A stretch of DNA of 64,000 nucleotides from contig CALBFE010000106.1 of the NCBI GenBank assembly GCA_937888825.1, positions 9,551-73,550 of the forward strand, written 5' to 3'. Origin of the DNA: an uncultured Actinomycetes bacterium (GTDB lineage: Bacteria > Actinomycetota > Actinomycetes > Nanopelagicales > Nanopelagicaceae). The position numbers were made by a program, and so were the translations under genes. Positions 1-10,124 of this stretch are shown one piece after another (positions within the stretch are counted from its first letter, which is position 1; each line of letters starts with the position of its first letter). A model generated the notes under the pieces. It made no database searches and was not told where the DNA came from. It saw only the letters and a list, made by a program, of their open reading frames with translations.

Positions 1-17
1 TTAAGGCTTGCTCCTAA

Positions 18-443
18 ATGTCTAGTAATCACTTAGCAATCTCTTTGAAGATTGATGCACCAATCCAAAAGGTTTGGGATTCGCTAGCGCAATGGGAAAA
101 ACAGAGTGAATGGATGCTTCAGACTAAAGTCTGGGTGACATCAGAAATAACCGAAGGCGTTGGAACATCCATAAATGCATTTACTGGGATAGGTCCATTA
201 GGAATTCTAGATTCAATGACAGTAACGGCATGGCAACCCCCACACACATGCGATGTGCTTCATACGGGGAAAATAATCAAAGGCACAGGCCGATTTCATT
301 TACGTGAACTCACTTCAAAGACAACGATCTTTGATTGGTCAGAAGAAGTTATCGCCCCACGCTTACTCTTTTTGGCGATGCTTCCTGCGCTCTATATTGG
401 TGTGCGCATCTCTTTATCCCGCTTTGCACGAACATTCCGCTAA
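18..443 (+). CDS. SRPBCC (polyketide cyclase/START-like) family protein
   Basis: 141 aa; 'IDAPIQKVWDSLAQWEKQSEW' N-terminal pattern typical of SRPBCC; usual neighbour of DUF3117. Confidence 0.75.
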   Translation: MSSNHLAISLKIDAPIQKVWDSLAQWEKQSEWMLQTKVWVTSEITEGVGTSINAFTGIGPLGILDSMTVTAWQPPHTCDVLHTGKIIKGTGRFHLRELTSKTTIFDWSEEVIAPRLLFLAMLPALYIGVRISLSRFARTFR

Positions 444-490
444 GACCATCTTCACCCGCATAGGCGTTAAGAGCCAGTAGCCTTATAACC

Positions 491-682
491 ATGAGCGAGT
501 CCCCAACATTGGCCCAGGTGCTGGCCTCGCTGCCTGAAGAAGAGCGGATCATCTTGACCTTGCACTACATGCGCCAAATGTCACCTGGAGAGATTGCCGT
601 AATGCTCAAAGTGCCAGAGCGCGCAGTTGATGCCGTAATTTCGACGGGAAAAGCGAGATTGAGCGCAGTTCTTGGCATATAA
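491..682 (+). CDS. Stand-alone sigma-70 region-4-like HTH protein
   Basis: 63 aa 'LASLPEEERIILTLHY..MSPGEIAVMLKVPERAV..ISTGKARL' matches the sigma region 4 pattern; TAGCCT -10 at 478-483. Confidence 0.7.
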   Translation: MSESPTLAQVLASLPEEERIILTLHYMRQMSPGEIAVMLKVPERAVDAVISTGKARLSAVLGI

Positions 683-768
683 ACCCTTCACGATTTCGCG
701 CTTGTGCTCTAAATACGAGATACTTCTCCTCTTGAACTTTCCCCGTCCATCTTTGAAGGAGTCCCCAC

Positions 769-948
769 ATGGCAGCCATGAAACCTCGTACCGGAGATGG
801 TCCAATGGAGGTCACCAAGGAGGCTCGCTCTCTCGTGATGCGAATTCCACTAGAAGGTGGCGGACGTCTAGTTGTTGAACTCAACTCTGAAGAAGCTAAT
901 AATCTCAGCGCCGCACTCCATGCCGCGGTTGCATTAGTTAAGAAGTAA
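769..948 (+). CDS. DUF3117 family protein (59 aa, below the ORF-track cutoff)
   Basis: Translated by hand: MAAMKPRTGDGPMEVTKEARSLVMRIPLEGGGRLVVELNSEEANNLSAALHAAVALVKK; SD GAAGGAG upstream; conserved actinobacterial MAAMKPRTGDGP start. Confidence 0.9.
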   Translation: MAAMKPRTGDGPMEVTKEARSLVMRIPLEGGGRLVVELNSEEANNLSAALHAAVALVKK

Positions 949-976
949 ATCACTAACAGGCGATAGCCTTCAACGC

Positions 977-2467
977 ATGTTCTGGACACTTAAAGCTGCC
1001 AAGCCCCAACTTTCATTAGCGAGTACCGCTGAGTCAATTGCGCTCGCTTTTGCTAAAGATTCCTCAGGTGTCATTTCATTTTCAGCTCCTGAAACTTTAG
1101 TTCGGGATATTGAAAAGTTTTTTGAAATCAATCTACTTGATGAGCTCGCATTCTTTTCACCATCAGGTAAAACGGGAGAGTTATTTGAAATTCCAGTCAG
1201 CGCCCAAGATGCTCAAACAGATCGAATCTTTTTAGTTGGTATTGGTGATTCATCAACTGCATCATTTCGAATTGCTGCCACAACAATTGCTCGAAAAGTT
1301 CGTGGAAAAAACACGACGGTGTATTCAGCATGTGCAATCAATAATAAAGATGTCAAAGCATATGCAATCGCTTTGACATTAGGTGCCTACCTTTGGAATC
1401 TAAAAACCGGAGAACCTGCAGGCAAGCCAACTTTCATAGTTGCCACTAATGAAAAAGAGGTTATAAATGTTGCTATCACTATTTCGAAAGCAATTACGCG
1501 CGCTCGTGATTTGGTTCATACGCCTTCTAATATTAAGACTCCTGCGTGGATGGCTACTAAAGCACAAGAATTCGCTAAAGGAACCGGGCTCACAGTAAAA
1601 GTACTTGCTGGAAAAGAACTTAAAGAGTTTGGTGGATTGCGCGCAGTCGGTAACTCTTCTCCAAAACCTGGACCACGCTTTATCGAAGTGGGCTATGCAC
1701 CTGCAAAGAAGAAAAATGCGATTAATGCCCTTCCGCACGTTGTTTTAGTGGGTAAAGGAATCACGTATGACACTGGTGGAATAAATCTCAAACGCCCCTA
1801 TGACTTGATGATTCCAATGAAAAGTGACATGGCAGGGGCGGCAGTAATTCTGGCAACGCTAGCTGCACTAGAAGAATTGCAGCCAAATATTCGAGTAACA
1901 GCTTTAATGATGTGTGCAGAGAACGCATTTTCAGGCACCGCCCAGCGCCCCAGTGATGTCATTACTCACTATGGCGGAACAACTGTTGAAGTAATTGATA
2001 CTGATGCAGAAGGCCGCTTAGTTCTAGCTGATGGCTTGGCATATGCTGATAAGAACTTGGATCCTGATTATTTAGTAGATATTGCAACTTTAACTGGATC
2101 GGCAACTCTTGGACTTGGTAAGCAATATGCCGCGATGTACACGCGCGATGAACAACTTGCACGTGATTTGGAATTAGCAGGAACTGAATCAGGCGATCGA
2201 GTCTGGCATATGCCTTTGATTGATGATTACAAAGATGCTCTTGAAAGTGATATCGCAGATTTCAACCATATAGCTAAAAAAGCAAAATATTCTGCAGGCT
2301 CAGTAACTGCCGCGCTATTCCTGGAACACTTTGCTGGCAATCGCCGTTGGGTTCACTTAGATATTGCTGGCACTGCACGAAGTGAAACTGATGCCGGGGA
2401 AAATCCTAAAGGTGGAACTGGCTATGGAGTCCGTTTACTAACCCAATGGATAATGAACCTAAAATGA
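977..2467 (+). CDS. pepA: Leucyl aminopeptidase (M17)
   Basis: Motifs LVGKGITYDTGG, KSDMAGAA, DTDAEGRLVLAD. Confidence 0.95.
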   Translation: MFWTLKAAKPQLSLASTAESIALAFAKDSSGVISFSAPETLVRDIEKFFEINLLDELAFFSPSGKTGELFEIPVSAQDAQTDRIFLVGIGDSSTASFRIAATTIARKVRGKNTTVYSACAINNKDVKAYAIALTLGAYLWNLKTGEPAGKPTFIVATNEKEVINVAITISKAITRARDLVHTPSNIKTPAWMATKAQEFAKGTGLTVKVLAGKELKEFGGLRAVGNSSPKPGPRFIEVGYAPAKKKNAINALPHVVLVGKGITYDTGGINLKRPYDLMIPMKSDMAGAAVILATLAALEELQPNIRVTALMMCAENAFSGTAQRPSDVITHYGGTTVEVIDTDAEGRLVLADGLAYADKNLDPDYLVDIATLTGSATLGLGKQYAAMYTRDEQLARDLELAGTESGDRVWHMPLIDDYKDALESDIADFNHIAKKAKYSAGSVTAALFLEHFAGNRRWVHLDIAGTARSETDAGENPKGGTGYGVRLLTQWIMNLK

Positions 2468-3090
2468 AAATAGATCCTCATGCGTACGCAGAAAACTTTA
2501 TAGCTGAAGATCCATTCAAAACTTATGCTCGTGCCCGTGGAGTTGAAATAGGAGCACACGATGTAACACCTGGAGTAGGGGCATATCTCAAACACTTGGC
2601 TTTTACGCTCTCCGCTCAGTCAGTCGTTGAAATAGGTACAGGATCAGGTGTTGGAAGTTTGTGGTTGCTAGATGGCATGCTAGTAAGTGGCACTCTGACT
2701 TCAATTGATGATGAGATGGAACATACTCAGATTGCAAAGATGGCATTTGCTGATGCAGAGATTTCACCGACTCGTTATAGATTAATTACTAACTCAGTAT
2801 TAGATGTAATATCAAAGTTAACCGATAGAGCCTATGACTTGGTTGTGGTCCGTCATGATCCTCAAGATTTAGCCTTTGTAATCAGTGAGGCACATCGTAT
2901 TTTACGAAGTGGCGGGGCAATGGTCATTGATAGCTTCTTTGGAGGCTCAAAGGTCAATGATCCTGCCCAGAGAGACCCTAAAACTGTGGCGCTTCGTGAT
3001 GCTGGGAAAATCATTAAAAATGACGCAGAGCATTGGGTGAGTACCTTGATCCCAACCGGTGATGGTTTGTTAGTTGCTACAAAGTTGTAG
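2464..3090 (+). CDS. SAM-dependent O-methyltransferase (Rv1220c-like)
   Basis: VVEIGTGSGVGSLW SAM motif; ATG 2464 overlaps pepA stop (ATGA), preferred over the track start 2446. Confidence 0.85.
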   Translation: MKIDPHAYAENFIAEDPFKTYARARGVEIGAHDVTPGVGAYLKHLAFTLSAQSVVEIGTGSGVGSLWLLDGMLVSGTLTSIDDEMEHTQIAKMAFADAEISPTRYRLITNSVLDVISKLTDRAYDLVVVRHDPQDLAFVISEAHRILRSGGAMVIDSFFGGSKVNDPAQRDPKTVALRDAGKIIKNDAEHWVSTLIPTGDGLLVATKL

Positions 3091-3102
3091 GAAGATACGA
3101 AC

Positions 3103-4227
3103 ATGATTTTTCCTAGAAAAAAGGTAACCCACAATGTTCGACCTTGGTGGGAAACAAGCGCCTCAAGTAAAAGCTCTAGAAGCAAGATCTTTATTACTGC
3201 CTTGCTTGCAAGCTGCCTCGGGGGATTTCTAGGAGTTACCGCAACAGGTGGAACTATCTTTAACTCTGCCAACATAGTTAATTCTTCAAGCACAATTGAG
3301 CGTGCTCCAGATTCTGTAGCAGGAATTGCTGCCAGAGTTTTACCTTCAGTAGTTTCGATTAATACACGCTCTTCATCTGGTCGCGGAGGAACTGGCTCAG
3401 GTTTCGTTTTTGATAGCAATGGTTACATTCTGACTAACAACCACGTTATTTCTGGAGTTGCTAACGGAAACGGTGCTATACGAGTCACTCTCAATAACGG
3501 TGATGTCTATAATGCAACGATAATTGGCCGCGATACTTCTTATGACTTAGCTATCATTAAAATTAGCGGAACCAATCTGCCAGCACTTGAATTTGGTGAT
3601 AGCGATAAAGTTGCTGTTGGCGATTCAGTTATTGCAATAGGTTCACCGCTTGGCCTTTCAGGAACTGTAACGCTGGGAATTATTAGTGCTAAAGATCGAC
3701 CTGTCACTGCCGGTGATTCTGGATCTGGAAGCTCTTTTATTAATGCTCTACAAACAGATGCAGCTATTAATCCAGGTAACTCTGGAGGCCCATTAGTAGA
3801 TGCAACAGGCGCCGTCATTGGTGTTAACTCTGCAATTGCATCCCTAGGTTCCTCATCTCAGACCGGTTCAATTGGTTTAGGTTTTGCAATACCTATAAAT
3901 CAGGCAAGAAAAACCGCCGATCAATTAATTAAATCTGGAAAAGCAACATATCCATTCCTAGGCGTCTCATTAGATATGAATTTCACCGGGGTTGGTGCAC
4001 TTGTGGCCAGTTCCAGCACAGCAATTTTGCCTGGTGGACCAGCAGCTATGGCAGGGATTCGTGCGGGTGATGTAATCGTCAAATTCGAAAATAAGGCAAT
4101 CGATTCCCCTGAGCAATTAATTGTTGCCATTCGCGCTATGAATGTGGGAGATAAGGTCACCCTGACTTACATTCGAGATAGCAAAGAGGTCACTGTCACC
4201 GTTACCTTGGTAGCTGGCAATAACTAG
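3103..4227 (+). CDS. htrA: HtrA/DegP serine protease with TM helix and PDZ domain
   Basis: Catalytic triad TNNHV / SYDLA / GNSGG; C-terminal PDZ. Confidence 0.93.
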   Translation: MIFPRKKVTHNVRPWWETSASSKSSRSKIFITALLASCLGGFLGVTATGGTIFNSANIVNSSSTIERAPDSVAGIAARVLPSVVSINTRSSSGRGGTGSGFVFDSNGYILTNNHVISGVANGNGAIRVTLNNGDVYNATIIGRDTSYDLAIIKISGTNLPALEFGDSDKVAVGDSVIAIGSPLGLSGTVTLGIISAKDRPVTAGDSGSGSSFINALQTDAAINPGNSGGPLVDATGAVIGVNSAIASLGSSSQTGSIGLGFAIPINQARKTADQLIKSGKATYPFLGVSLDMNFTGVGALVASSSTAILPGGPAAMAGIRAGDVIVKFENKAIDSPEQLIVAIRAMNVGDKVTLTYIRDSKEVTVTVTLVAGNN

Positions 4228-4255
4228 AGATCGAATTAGCAGGTAGGCTTTCGGT

Positions 4256-4561
4256 ATGTTCTTCGATATCGGCGCGGGTGAAATCCTCGGCCTGGCAATT
4301 TTAGGAATGATTCTGCTTGGTCCAGAGCGTCTTCCAAAAGCTGCCTCTGAAGCTGCCAAATGGGTAAAGAAGATTCGCGCTTTGTCACAGACAGCTACAG
4401 CTGAACTCCGTGAGAACTTAGGACCCGGCTTTGAGAATCTTCAGCCTGCAGATCTACATCCAAAAACATTCGTTAAGAAACAGTTAGGTGAGTTGTTGGA
4501 TGACACTCCAGCAGCAAAGCCAGCCCGACCAACTGCAAAGATTGATCCAGATCTCATATGA
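4256..4561 (+). CDS. tatB: Twin-arginine translocase subunit TatB
   Basis: MFFDIGAGEI..LGPERLP; conserved htrA-tatB-mrp order. Confidence 0.88.
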   Translation: MFFDIGAGEILGLAILGMILLGPERLPKAASEAAKWVKKIRALSQTATAELRENLGPGFENLQPADLHPKTFVKKQLGELLDDTPAAKPARPTAKIDPDLI

Positions 4562-5688
4562 GCCTCATTGATGCACTAACAAATGCGCTCACAACAGTTC
4601 AAGATCCCGAACTTCATCGCTCAATAACTGAGCTTGGAATGGTTGAAGATCTCACTGAGGTCAACGGCGATGTGAGTATTAAAATTTTATTAACGATTTC
4701 TGGGTGCCCCATGCAAGATCGCCTTCGTGGCGACATCACTACAGCGTTAAAAAATGTTGAGGGTGTTAAAACCGTAGATTTAGCTTTTGGAGTGATGTCA
4801 CAAGAACAACGGGATTATGTCAAGAAAGTTGTTCGAGGTGGTCGAGAGAAGACAATTACTTTTGCCCAACCAGAATCTCTTACTCGCGTTATTGGTATTG
4901 CATCGGGTAAAGGTGGCGTTGGTAAGTCTTCTGTGACTGCAAACCTAGGGGTTGCATTTGCTAAAAAAGGATTACGCGTTGGAATATTAGATGCAGATGT
5001 CTATGGCCACTCGATTCCCCGATTAATGGGCTTAATGGGTCAACGTCCAACTGCTATTGATCAACTCTTTATCCCACTTGAGTCATTTGGCGTAAAAGTG
5101 GTTTCTATGGAGATGTTTAAGCCAGAGCGCTCAGATCCTGTTGCATATCGTGGCCCACTCTTACACCGTGTTCTTGAACAACTTCTTTCAGATGCGCACT
5201 GGGGCGATTTAGATGTTCTGCTGATTGATTTACCACCTGGCACTGGGGATTTAGCTATCTCGCTAGGACAACTCATTCCTAACTCAGAGATAGTTGTTGT
5301 AACTACACCTCAAATTGCTGCAGCTGAGGTTGCAGAGCGTGCAGGAAGAATTGCACATCAGATTCACCAGCGCGTCATTGGTGTTATTGAAAACATGTCT
5401 GAATATGGCTGTCCAACTTGCGGTGAGAAAATTGCACTCTTTGGAGCAGGTGGAGGAGAAGAAACCTCTAAGCGTTTATCAGCACTTGTTGGCACTGATG
5501 TTCCACTTCTAGGCAAGATCGCCTTTAATCCAGAGCTTCGAACCGGTGGCGATGACGGAGTTCCGTTGGTTCAAGCTGCTCCTGAATCTGAATCTGCACA
5601 GACAATTCTTGCGATTGCAGAAATTCTTGTTAAACGCAGTAAATCTTTGGTGGGTGTTCGCTTAGGTATTTCGCCGGAGAGCAATTGA
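4558..5688 (+). CDS. mrp: Mrp/NBP35 Fe-S carrier ATPase with N-terminal DUF59
   Basis: ASGKGGVGKS, ILDADVYG, IDLPPGTGD, CPTCG. Confidence 0.93.
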   Translation: MSLIDALTNALTTVQDPELHRSITELGMVEDLTEVNGDVSIKILLTISGCPMQDRLRGDITTALKNVEGVKTVDLAFGVMSQEQRDYVKKVVRGGREKTITFAQPESLTRVIGIASGKGGVGKSSVTANLGVAFAKKGLRVGILDADVYGHSIPRLMGLMGQRPTAIDQLFIPLESFGVKVVSMEMFKPERSDPVAYRGPLLHRVLEQLLSDAHWGDLDVLLIDLPPGTGDLAISLGQLIPNSEIVVVTTPQIAAAEVAERAGRIAHQIHQRVIGVIENMSEYGCPTCGEKIALFGAGGGEETSKRLSALVGTDVPLLGKIAFNPELRTGGDDGVPLVQAAPESESAQTILAIAEILVKRSKSLVGVRLGISPESN

Positions 5689-6590
5689 TATCGCAAGGGG
5701 ATTCACGCGATAGCCATACGACTATTCCAGGAAGACCCGATTTAATTCGCCTTGGTGTTGGAATCATGGGAATTGGAACATCAGGTCCGCTGATTGCAAT
5801 GAGTGCAATGCCAATTCCCACATTGATATTTTGGAGAAATCTTGGTGGTTCACTGCTAACACTTCCATTTGCCCTCAAACATCCGAGAGATCGTGCAGGT
5901 ATTAAGTGGTCCATTCTGGCTGGCTTTATATTGGCAATTCACTTTGTTGGATTCTTTCTTGCGATGCGTTGGACAAGCGTTGCTGCTGGGACAGCACTTG
6001 TTGCATTGCAGCCAATCTTTGCCGCATTGTTTGTAAAACTCAGTGGAGGGCATATTCCCTCTAAAGCCTGGCTCGGAATGATCGTTAGTTTTTCAGGCGT
6101 GCTTTTGATTTCAGGAATTGATTTACAGATCTCTCTTCGTGCATTTTTAGGCGATGTAGCTGCACTTGTTTCGGCAGCCCTCGCCGCTCTTTACATGATT
6201 GCTGGATCACGTGCACAGCGCACAGTTGAAACAACTGTCTACACATCAGTCTGTTATTTCGTTTGCGCCATCACGGCATTGCCAATGGCGTTGGTGATGG
6301 GTTTTCCAATATTTAATTTCTCTGGGCGCGAATGGTGGATTCTTTTGGGTCTTGTTTTTGGCGCACAGATTCTGGGGCATTCGATGTTTAATGCAGCTCT
6401 CAAACGAGTATCACCGGCAATTGTTTCACTTATTATCTTTTTCGAAGTACCCGTTAGTTCACTACTTGCTATTTGGTGGCTTGGACAAAAACCACCACTT
6501 GGTATTTTGCCTGGGATTGCCTTGATTTTAATAGGATGCGTTCTAGTTGTTACTCGTTCAAGGCCTGATGTTGTGGAATTAGCACCATGA
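5685..6590 (+). CDS. DMT/EamA family transporter
   Basis: 301 aa, about 10 hydrophobic helices in two repeats; TTG start overlapping mrp stop. Confidence 0.8.
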   Translation: MISQGDSRDSHTTIPGRPDLIRLGVGIMGIGTSGPLIAMSAMPIPTLIFWRNLGGSLLTLPFALKHPRDRAGIKWSILAGFILAIHFVGFFLAMRWTSVAAGTALVALQPIFAALFVKLSGGHIPSKAWLGMIVSFSGVLLISGIDLQISLRAFLGDVAALVSAALAALYMIAGSRAQRTVETTVYTSVCYFVCAITALPMALVMGFPIFNFSGREWWILLGLVFGAQILGHSMFNAALKRVSPAIVSLIIFFEVPVSSLLAIWWLGQKPPLGILPGIALILIGCVLVVTRSRPDVVELAP

Positions 6591-7432
6591 TTGATTTACA
6601 TACACACACCAATAAAAGTGATGGCACGGATAGTCCACGCGAACTAGTTAATAAGGCAATAGTTCAAGGATTAACGGTCCTTGGAATAACTGATCACGAC
6701 ACAACTTTTAGTTGGCAAGAGGCTACTGAAACCTTGCGTGGCAATTTGAAATTAGCACTTGGTAGTGAAATTTCTTGTTTAACCGAAGACGGAATAAGCG
6801 TTCATATATTGGGACTCCTCTTTGATGGTGGCCACAAAGAAATGCAAGTAATGCTTGAAGAGACTCGCGACGGACGATTGCCTCGCATGCGCAAGATGGT
6901 TGAGAAGATGCAGGCAGCAGGCATTGGTATTTCAATGGCAGATGTTGAGGCAGCACGCCCTGACGGTGCAACACTTGGTCGCCCACATTTAGCTGATGCT
7001 TTGGTTAATAAAGGTGTCATATCTTCACGCGATGAAGCATTTCAAGGAATGCTCAATAATAATTCTGAATTTTATGTCTCACATGCAGCTCCAACTCCAG
7101 CCCAAGCAATTGCAATGATTCGAAGCGCTGGAGGAGTTGCCGTGATTGCTCATCCTTTTGCATCGCTTCGGGGCCAAATTCTTCAAGTAAGCGATTTTCA
7201 AGAGCTAGTAGATGCTGGTTTAAATGGAATTGAAGTTGACCATAGGGATCAAAATCCAGAGGAAAGAGCGATGTTGCGCTCAATTGCCACAGAATTGGAT
7301 TTAGTAATAACTGGCTCCAGCGACTATCACGGGAGCGGTAAACTTAACCGGCTTGCAGAATTTCAAACCAGCCCAGGGCAATGGGAAAAACTTGAATCTC
7401 TTGCCGATAAACGAAGGGTGGTAGGAGCATGA
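6587..7432 (+). CDS. PHP domain phosphoesterase (TrpH/YciV-like)
   Basis: IDLHTHT..SDG, ITDHD, GRPH, AHP, GSSDYHG. Confidence 0.9.
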   Translation: MIDLHTHTNKSDGTDSPRELVNKAIVQGLTVLGITDHDTTFSWQEATETLRGNLKLALGSEISCLTEDGISVHILGLLFDGGHKEMQVMLEETRDGRLPRMRKMVEKMQAAGIGISMADVEAARPDGATLGRPHLADALVNKGVISSRDEAFQGMLNNNSEFYVSHAAPTPAQAIAMIRSAGGVAVIAHPFASLRGQILQVSDFQELVDAGLNGIEVDHRDQNPEERAMLRSIATELDLVITGSSDYHGSGKLNRLAEFQTSPGQWEKLESLADKRRVVGA

Positions 7433-8040
7433 AAGTCAGCGCTCTAACCTTTGCAGTCCAATCATTTGTAACTCTATTTGTGATTATGGATCCACCCGGT
7501 GCTACACCAATTTTCTTGGCCTTAGTTGCTGATAAATCGCCAAAAGAGCGCAGAATCCTTGCAATAAAAGCTGCTTTAGTTTCACTACTAGTAATTTCAA
7601 TATTTGCCCTCTTTGGCCGCTTCATTTTGAGCTACCTCAATGTCTCTATTGCAGCATTGCAAGCAGCAGGAGCTCTATTGCTTTTGCTTATTTCTTTAGA
7701 TCTTTTAACTGGTGGTAAAGGTAGTGGTCGCGGTGAGTCTAAAGATGAGAACATCGCACTGGTTCCACTAGGAACCCCATTGCTAGCAGGACCTGGCGCA
7801 ATCGTTGCAACAATGATTTTCGTTCAGCAAATTGATGGCCCAAGCATGGCGATCGGCTTAGTTGGCGCAGTCATTGCAGTGCACGTTGCTATTGCAGCAG
7901 CGCTGATGGCATCAACAACGATTATGAAGGTGATTAAAGAAGCGGGCGTGACATTAGTAGCACGTATTGCTGGTCTTTTACTTGCCGCGATTGCAGTTCA
8001 GATGCTGGTTGATGCAATTCGCGTTTTTGTTACAACTTAA
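7429..8040 (+). CDS. MarC family membrane protein
   Basis: LFVIMDPPGATPIF, IALVPLGTPLLAGPGAI. Confidence 0.9.
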   Translation: MKVSALTFAVQSFVTLFVIMDPPGATPIFLALVADKSPKERRILAIKAALVSLLVISIFALFGRFILSYLNVSIAALQAAGALLLLLISLDLLTGGKGSGRGESKDENIALVPLGTPLLAGPGAIVATMIFVQQIDGPSMAIGLVGAVIAVHVAIAAALMASTTIMKVIKEAGVTLVARIAGLLLAAIAVQMLVDAIRVFVTT

Positions 8041-9371
8041 CTCTCTTTAAACTTCTTTGTTCGTGTGCGAGTTCGCTCAATCTTTGGCTTTGATTCGGCC
8101 TTCTTCTCAACGCGTTTTTCGGTAACTGCTTTTTGTTGTACAACAGGCTTGCTCTTAGTCAGACGTCCTGTGGAACCTGCTGGAATATCTAGTACTTCAT
8201 AGAGGTGTGGGGAAGAGGAATACGTCTCTTCTGGTTCAGCTAATCCAAGATCTAGAACTTGATTAATCATCTTCCATCTAGCTAATTCATCCCAGTCAAC
8301 GAATGTGACTGCAATTCCATGTGCACCGGCACGTGCTGTACGACCAATGCGGTGAACATAAGTCTTTTCATCTTCTGGGCACTGATAATTAATGACATGT
8401 GTAATTCCATCGATATCGATTCCTCGAGCAGCAACATCTGTTGCAACGAGAACATCTGACTTGCCCGCCTTGAAATCACCTAAAGCTTTTTCACGAGCGC
8501 TCTGTCCGAGATCTCCATGGATTGGTGCGGCCCTAAAGCCACGCTCCATAAGATCTTCTGCTGTCTTTTGGCAGGTGCGCTTAGTGCGACAAAAAACCAT
8601 TGTTGGTCCACGGCCTTCAGCCTGCAAAATACGGGCCAGCATCTCAATTTTATCCATGGCATGCGCGCGCAGAACATGCTGCTTAATGCGTGTAACAACC
8701 GCGCCTTCATCCTCTGAATCTTGAGTGCGAATATGAATAGGTTGATTCATAAAGCGTCGTGCGAGAGCGATGATGTCTCCAGGCATAGTTGCTGAGAACA
8801 ACATGGTTTGCATGCGATTAGGAGTATTCGCCAAAATCTTTTCAACATCAGGTAAGAAACCAAGATCTAACATTTCATCTGCTTCATCTAAAACTAGGCG
8901 TGATACTTGCTTTAAGCGCAGCTGGCCCTGGCGCGAGAGATCAAGTAAACGACCTGGTGTGCCAACAACGATTTCAATTCCAGCTTGCAGCGCTTCAATC
9001 TGCGGTTCAAATGCTCGCCCACCATAAACAGCTAGCGTTCTAATTCCACGGTTACTTGCTAACTCTTCAATGTCTTTTGTTACCTGTGTACATAATTCAC
9101 GCGTTGGAACGACGATCAGAACCTGTGGCATTCCTTTATGTTCAAAATCAGCCCACTCTGAATCATTTGGTGCAATTACTCTCTCGATAACAGGTACGCC
9201 GAAAGCTAGAGTTTTTCCAGTTCCAGTTTTAGCTTGGCCAATAACGTCACCATCACTAAGTGCGATAGGCAAAACCATCTCTTGAATAGCAAATGGGGCG
9301 ATGAAGCCGTGAGCATGCAGAGCTTCAATAGTTTCGGGGCGAAGTGGGAGTTCTGCGAAAGTTTTCGACAC
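8037..9371 (-). CDS. DEAD-box RNA helicase
   Basis: AKTGTGKT, PTREL, DEAD, SAT, HRIGRTAR motifs. Confidence 0.96.
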   Translation of the reverse strand: MSKTFAELPLRPETIEALHAHGFIAPFAIQEMVLPIALSDGDVIGQAKTGTGKTLAFGVPVIERVIAPNDSEWADFEHKGMPQVLIVVPTRELCTQVTKDIEELASNRGIRTLAVYGGRAFEPQIEALQAGIEIVVGTPGRLLDLSRQGQLRLKQVSRLVLDEADEMLDLGFLPDVEKILANTPNRMQTMLFSATMPGDIIALARRFMNQPIHIRTQDSEDEGAVVTRIKQHVLRAHAMDKIEMLARILQAEGRGPTMVFCRTKRTCQKTAEDLMERGFRAAPIHGDLGQSAREKALGDFKAGKSDVLVATDVAARGIDIDGITHVINYQCPEDEKTYVHRIGRTARAGAHGIAVTFVDWDELARWKMINQVLDLGLAEPEETYSSSPHLYEVLDIPAGSTGRLTKSKPVVQQKAVTEKRVEKKAESKPKIERTRTRTKKFKES

Positions 9372-9430
9372 GCTAAATGGCGCCAGAAATTTGTTTATTA
9401 GTGGTGCTCATAGAAGTAATCCTATCGGAG

Positions 9431-10042
9431 TTAATTGCGAGGGAAACCCGAAATTCCTCGCCACATGAGGTTGTTGACCAATTCAACTGCCTGTTCACGC
9501 GTTAATGTGCTGTCTCGGTCTAACCAATGACGTGCTGTTACTTGGGCATATCCAATCATTCCAACACCTAAGAGCATTGACGCTTCTTTTGGAAGACCTG
9601 TATCAATTGAAATAACGGCACTCGCTGCTGCCGCGCAGTCATATGTCATTCGATTAAGTCGCTCACGCACTGATGGCTCAACACTCATATCGCTTTCAAA
9701 TAGTAATCTAAAAGCTTCACCTTCTTTTTCAATAAAAGTGAAATATGCATCAACAGTGGCATGCACACGGTTGGCGTTATCAGGGGTGGAGGCAATTGCT
9801 TTCTGAATTTCAAAAACTAATGAATCAATATGCAAATCAAGAACTGCTAGATAGAGCTCTAATTTGGATGGGAAATGCTGATACAAAACTGGTTTGCTTA
9901 CATTTGCACGATCTGCGATTTCATCCATGGCAGCAGAGTGATAACCAGCGGCAGTGAAAACCTCAAGGGCTGCTGAGAGCAAAAGTGCACGACGCTCATC
10001 GCGAGGCAAACGCGGCTTATTTGATGTATCAACTGTGCTCAT
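9431..10042 (-). CDS. TetR family regulator
   Basis: N-terminal HTH 'AMDEIADRANVSKPVLYQHF'. Confidence 0.92.
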   Translation of the reverse strand: MSTVDTSNKPRLPRDERRALLLSAALEVFTAAGYHSAAMDEIADRANVSKPVLYQHFPSKLELYLAVLDLHIDSLVFEIQKAIASTPDNANRVHATVDAYFTFIEKEGEAFRLLFESDMSVEPSVRERLNRMTYDCAAAASAVISIDTGLPKEASMLLGVGMIGYAQVTARHWLDRDSTLTREQAVELVNNLMWRGISGFPRN

Positions 10043-10124
10043 TGGCGTAATCGTAGAGGCAGTAGAGGCGATTCGGCTAATAGCTGTAGCAACGCATGCG
10101 TAGATACGACAGAATTAACCTCCT

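Noticed and set aside
606-989. Minus-strand 127-aa ORF and other antisense/alternate-frame ORFs in the track (e.g. 2862-3419, 40524-40964, 49222-49644)
   Set aside because: They shadow well-supported genes on the opposite strand or in another frame, and show no motifs or start signals; the real gene here is DUF3117 at 769-948
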